From: Christensenella sp. UBA7703
GTDB taxonomy: Bacteria; Bacillota; Clostridia; Christensenellales; CAG-138
DNA: 64,000 nt
NCBI GenBank assembly: GCA_002482505.1
Contig: DLGD01000037.1
Location: forward strand, 2,888-66,887
Direction: 5' to 3'
Part shown: positions 63,682 through 64,000 of the stretch, piece by piece
Layout of the letters: every line of letters starts with the position of its first letter
How positions within the stretch are numbered: the first letter of the stretch is position 1
Notes under the pieces: model-generated
Told to the model about the DNA's origin: nothing
The model's database searches: none
The model's input: only the letters and a program-made list of their open reading frames with translations
Position numbers and translations under genes: made by a program

Positions 63682-64000
63682 ATGCGATCCATCAAACAAT
63701 GGCTGAAACGCGAAGTTGGGCAATCCGTCATTCTGGTTGCGCTTTCCATTGCGATGCTTTGCGGTGTTGCGGCGCTTGTCGTAGACCTTGGCATGGTATC
63801 CGTCAAAGAAGGGCAACTGCAAAACGCGGCGGATGCCGCGGCGCTTGCCGCCGCACGCGACCTGCCTTCCGCTGCCACTGCGAAGAATACAGCGGTGACA
63901 TATGCTGGCTATAACGGGGTTTCTGCTGCAAATACCGTTGCGACGACGCCCTATAACGGCAACGCAAGCAGAATCGAGGTTGTCTGCAAACAGACGGTGC
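63682..64000 (+). CDS. TadG/TadE-like pilus-associated protein, N-terminal part (runs off the window; not in the ORF track)
   Basis: The ATG at 63682 lies 7 nt after TGGAGGG. MRSIKQWLKREVGQSVILVALSIAMLCGVAALVVDLGMV… matches the Tad N-terminal (TadG-like) motif. The frame is open to the window end. Confidence 0.7.
   Translation, partial: MRSIKQWLKREVGQSVILVALSIAMLCGVAALVVDLGMVSVKEGQLQNAADAAALAAARDLPSAATAKNTAVTYAGYNGVSAANTVATTPYNGNASRIEVVCKQTV

Overview
GC-rich chromosomal segment, probably from a Gram-positive Clostridia-type anaerobe. That assignment is an inference from gene content, GGAGG-type ribosome binding sites (RBS), split transketolase, lipoprotein signals and a secretin-less Tad locus. 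I saw no rRNA, tRNA, CRISPR array or obvious IS/transposase/phage genes. About 55 protein genes are supportable. Left to right: PHP-domain protein and Zn-dehydrogenase; GNAT; SulP anion transporter; DUF1576 membrane protein; GH3 beta-glucosidase; a membrane GGDEF cyclase; Tex; XdhC-like protein; CysK; TcdA; an MFS exporter; a BMP-type nucleoside-like ABC uptake operon (minus strand); a glnN-asnB operon (minus) divergent from glnA plus an ANTAR regulator; FAD oxidoreductase/TetR/SCP2/M24 peptidase; an ECF sigma/anti-sigma pair; a large multidomain flavodiiron protein; SDR; LRR lipoprotein; a priming sugar transferase; split transketolase; signal peptidase I and a big NlpC/P60 hydrolase. The most interesting block is 49.6-64.0 kb. 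It starts with an ORF-poor AT-rich region ending in a sequence I read as a class I c-di-GMP (GEMM-I) riboswitch with terminator. This is followed by a complete Gram-positive-type Tad/Flp (type IVc) pilus operon: prepilin peptidase, three tandem flp pilins of 50-51 aa that the >=60 aa ORF track misses, tadE, cpaB, tadZ/cpaE, tadA/cpaF, tadB, tadC. The operon then continues with DUF192 and a DivIVA-domain Q/P-rich protein, a GtrA/FAD-oxidoreductase/GT-C-like membrane protein cluster, and a TadG-like gene running off the right edge. Other unexplained signals: duplicated promoter modules carrying CGTACGG direct repeats upstream of the ABC operon; two tandem hairpin/terminator modules sharing a 34-nt identical core; matched promoters and leader terminators on both glutamine synthetase genes. 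All functional calls come from motif recognition by eye. No database search was run.
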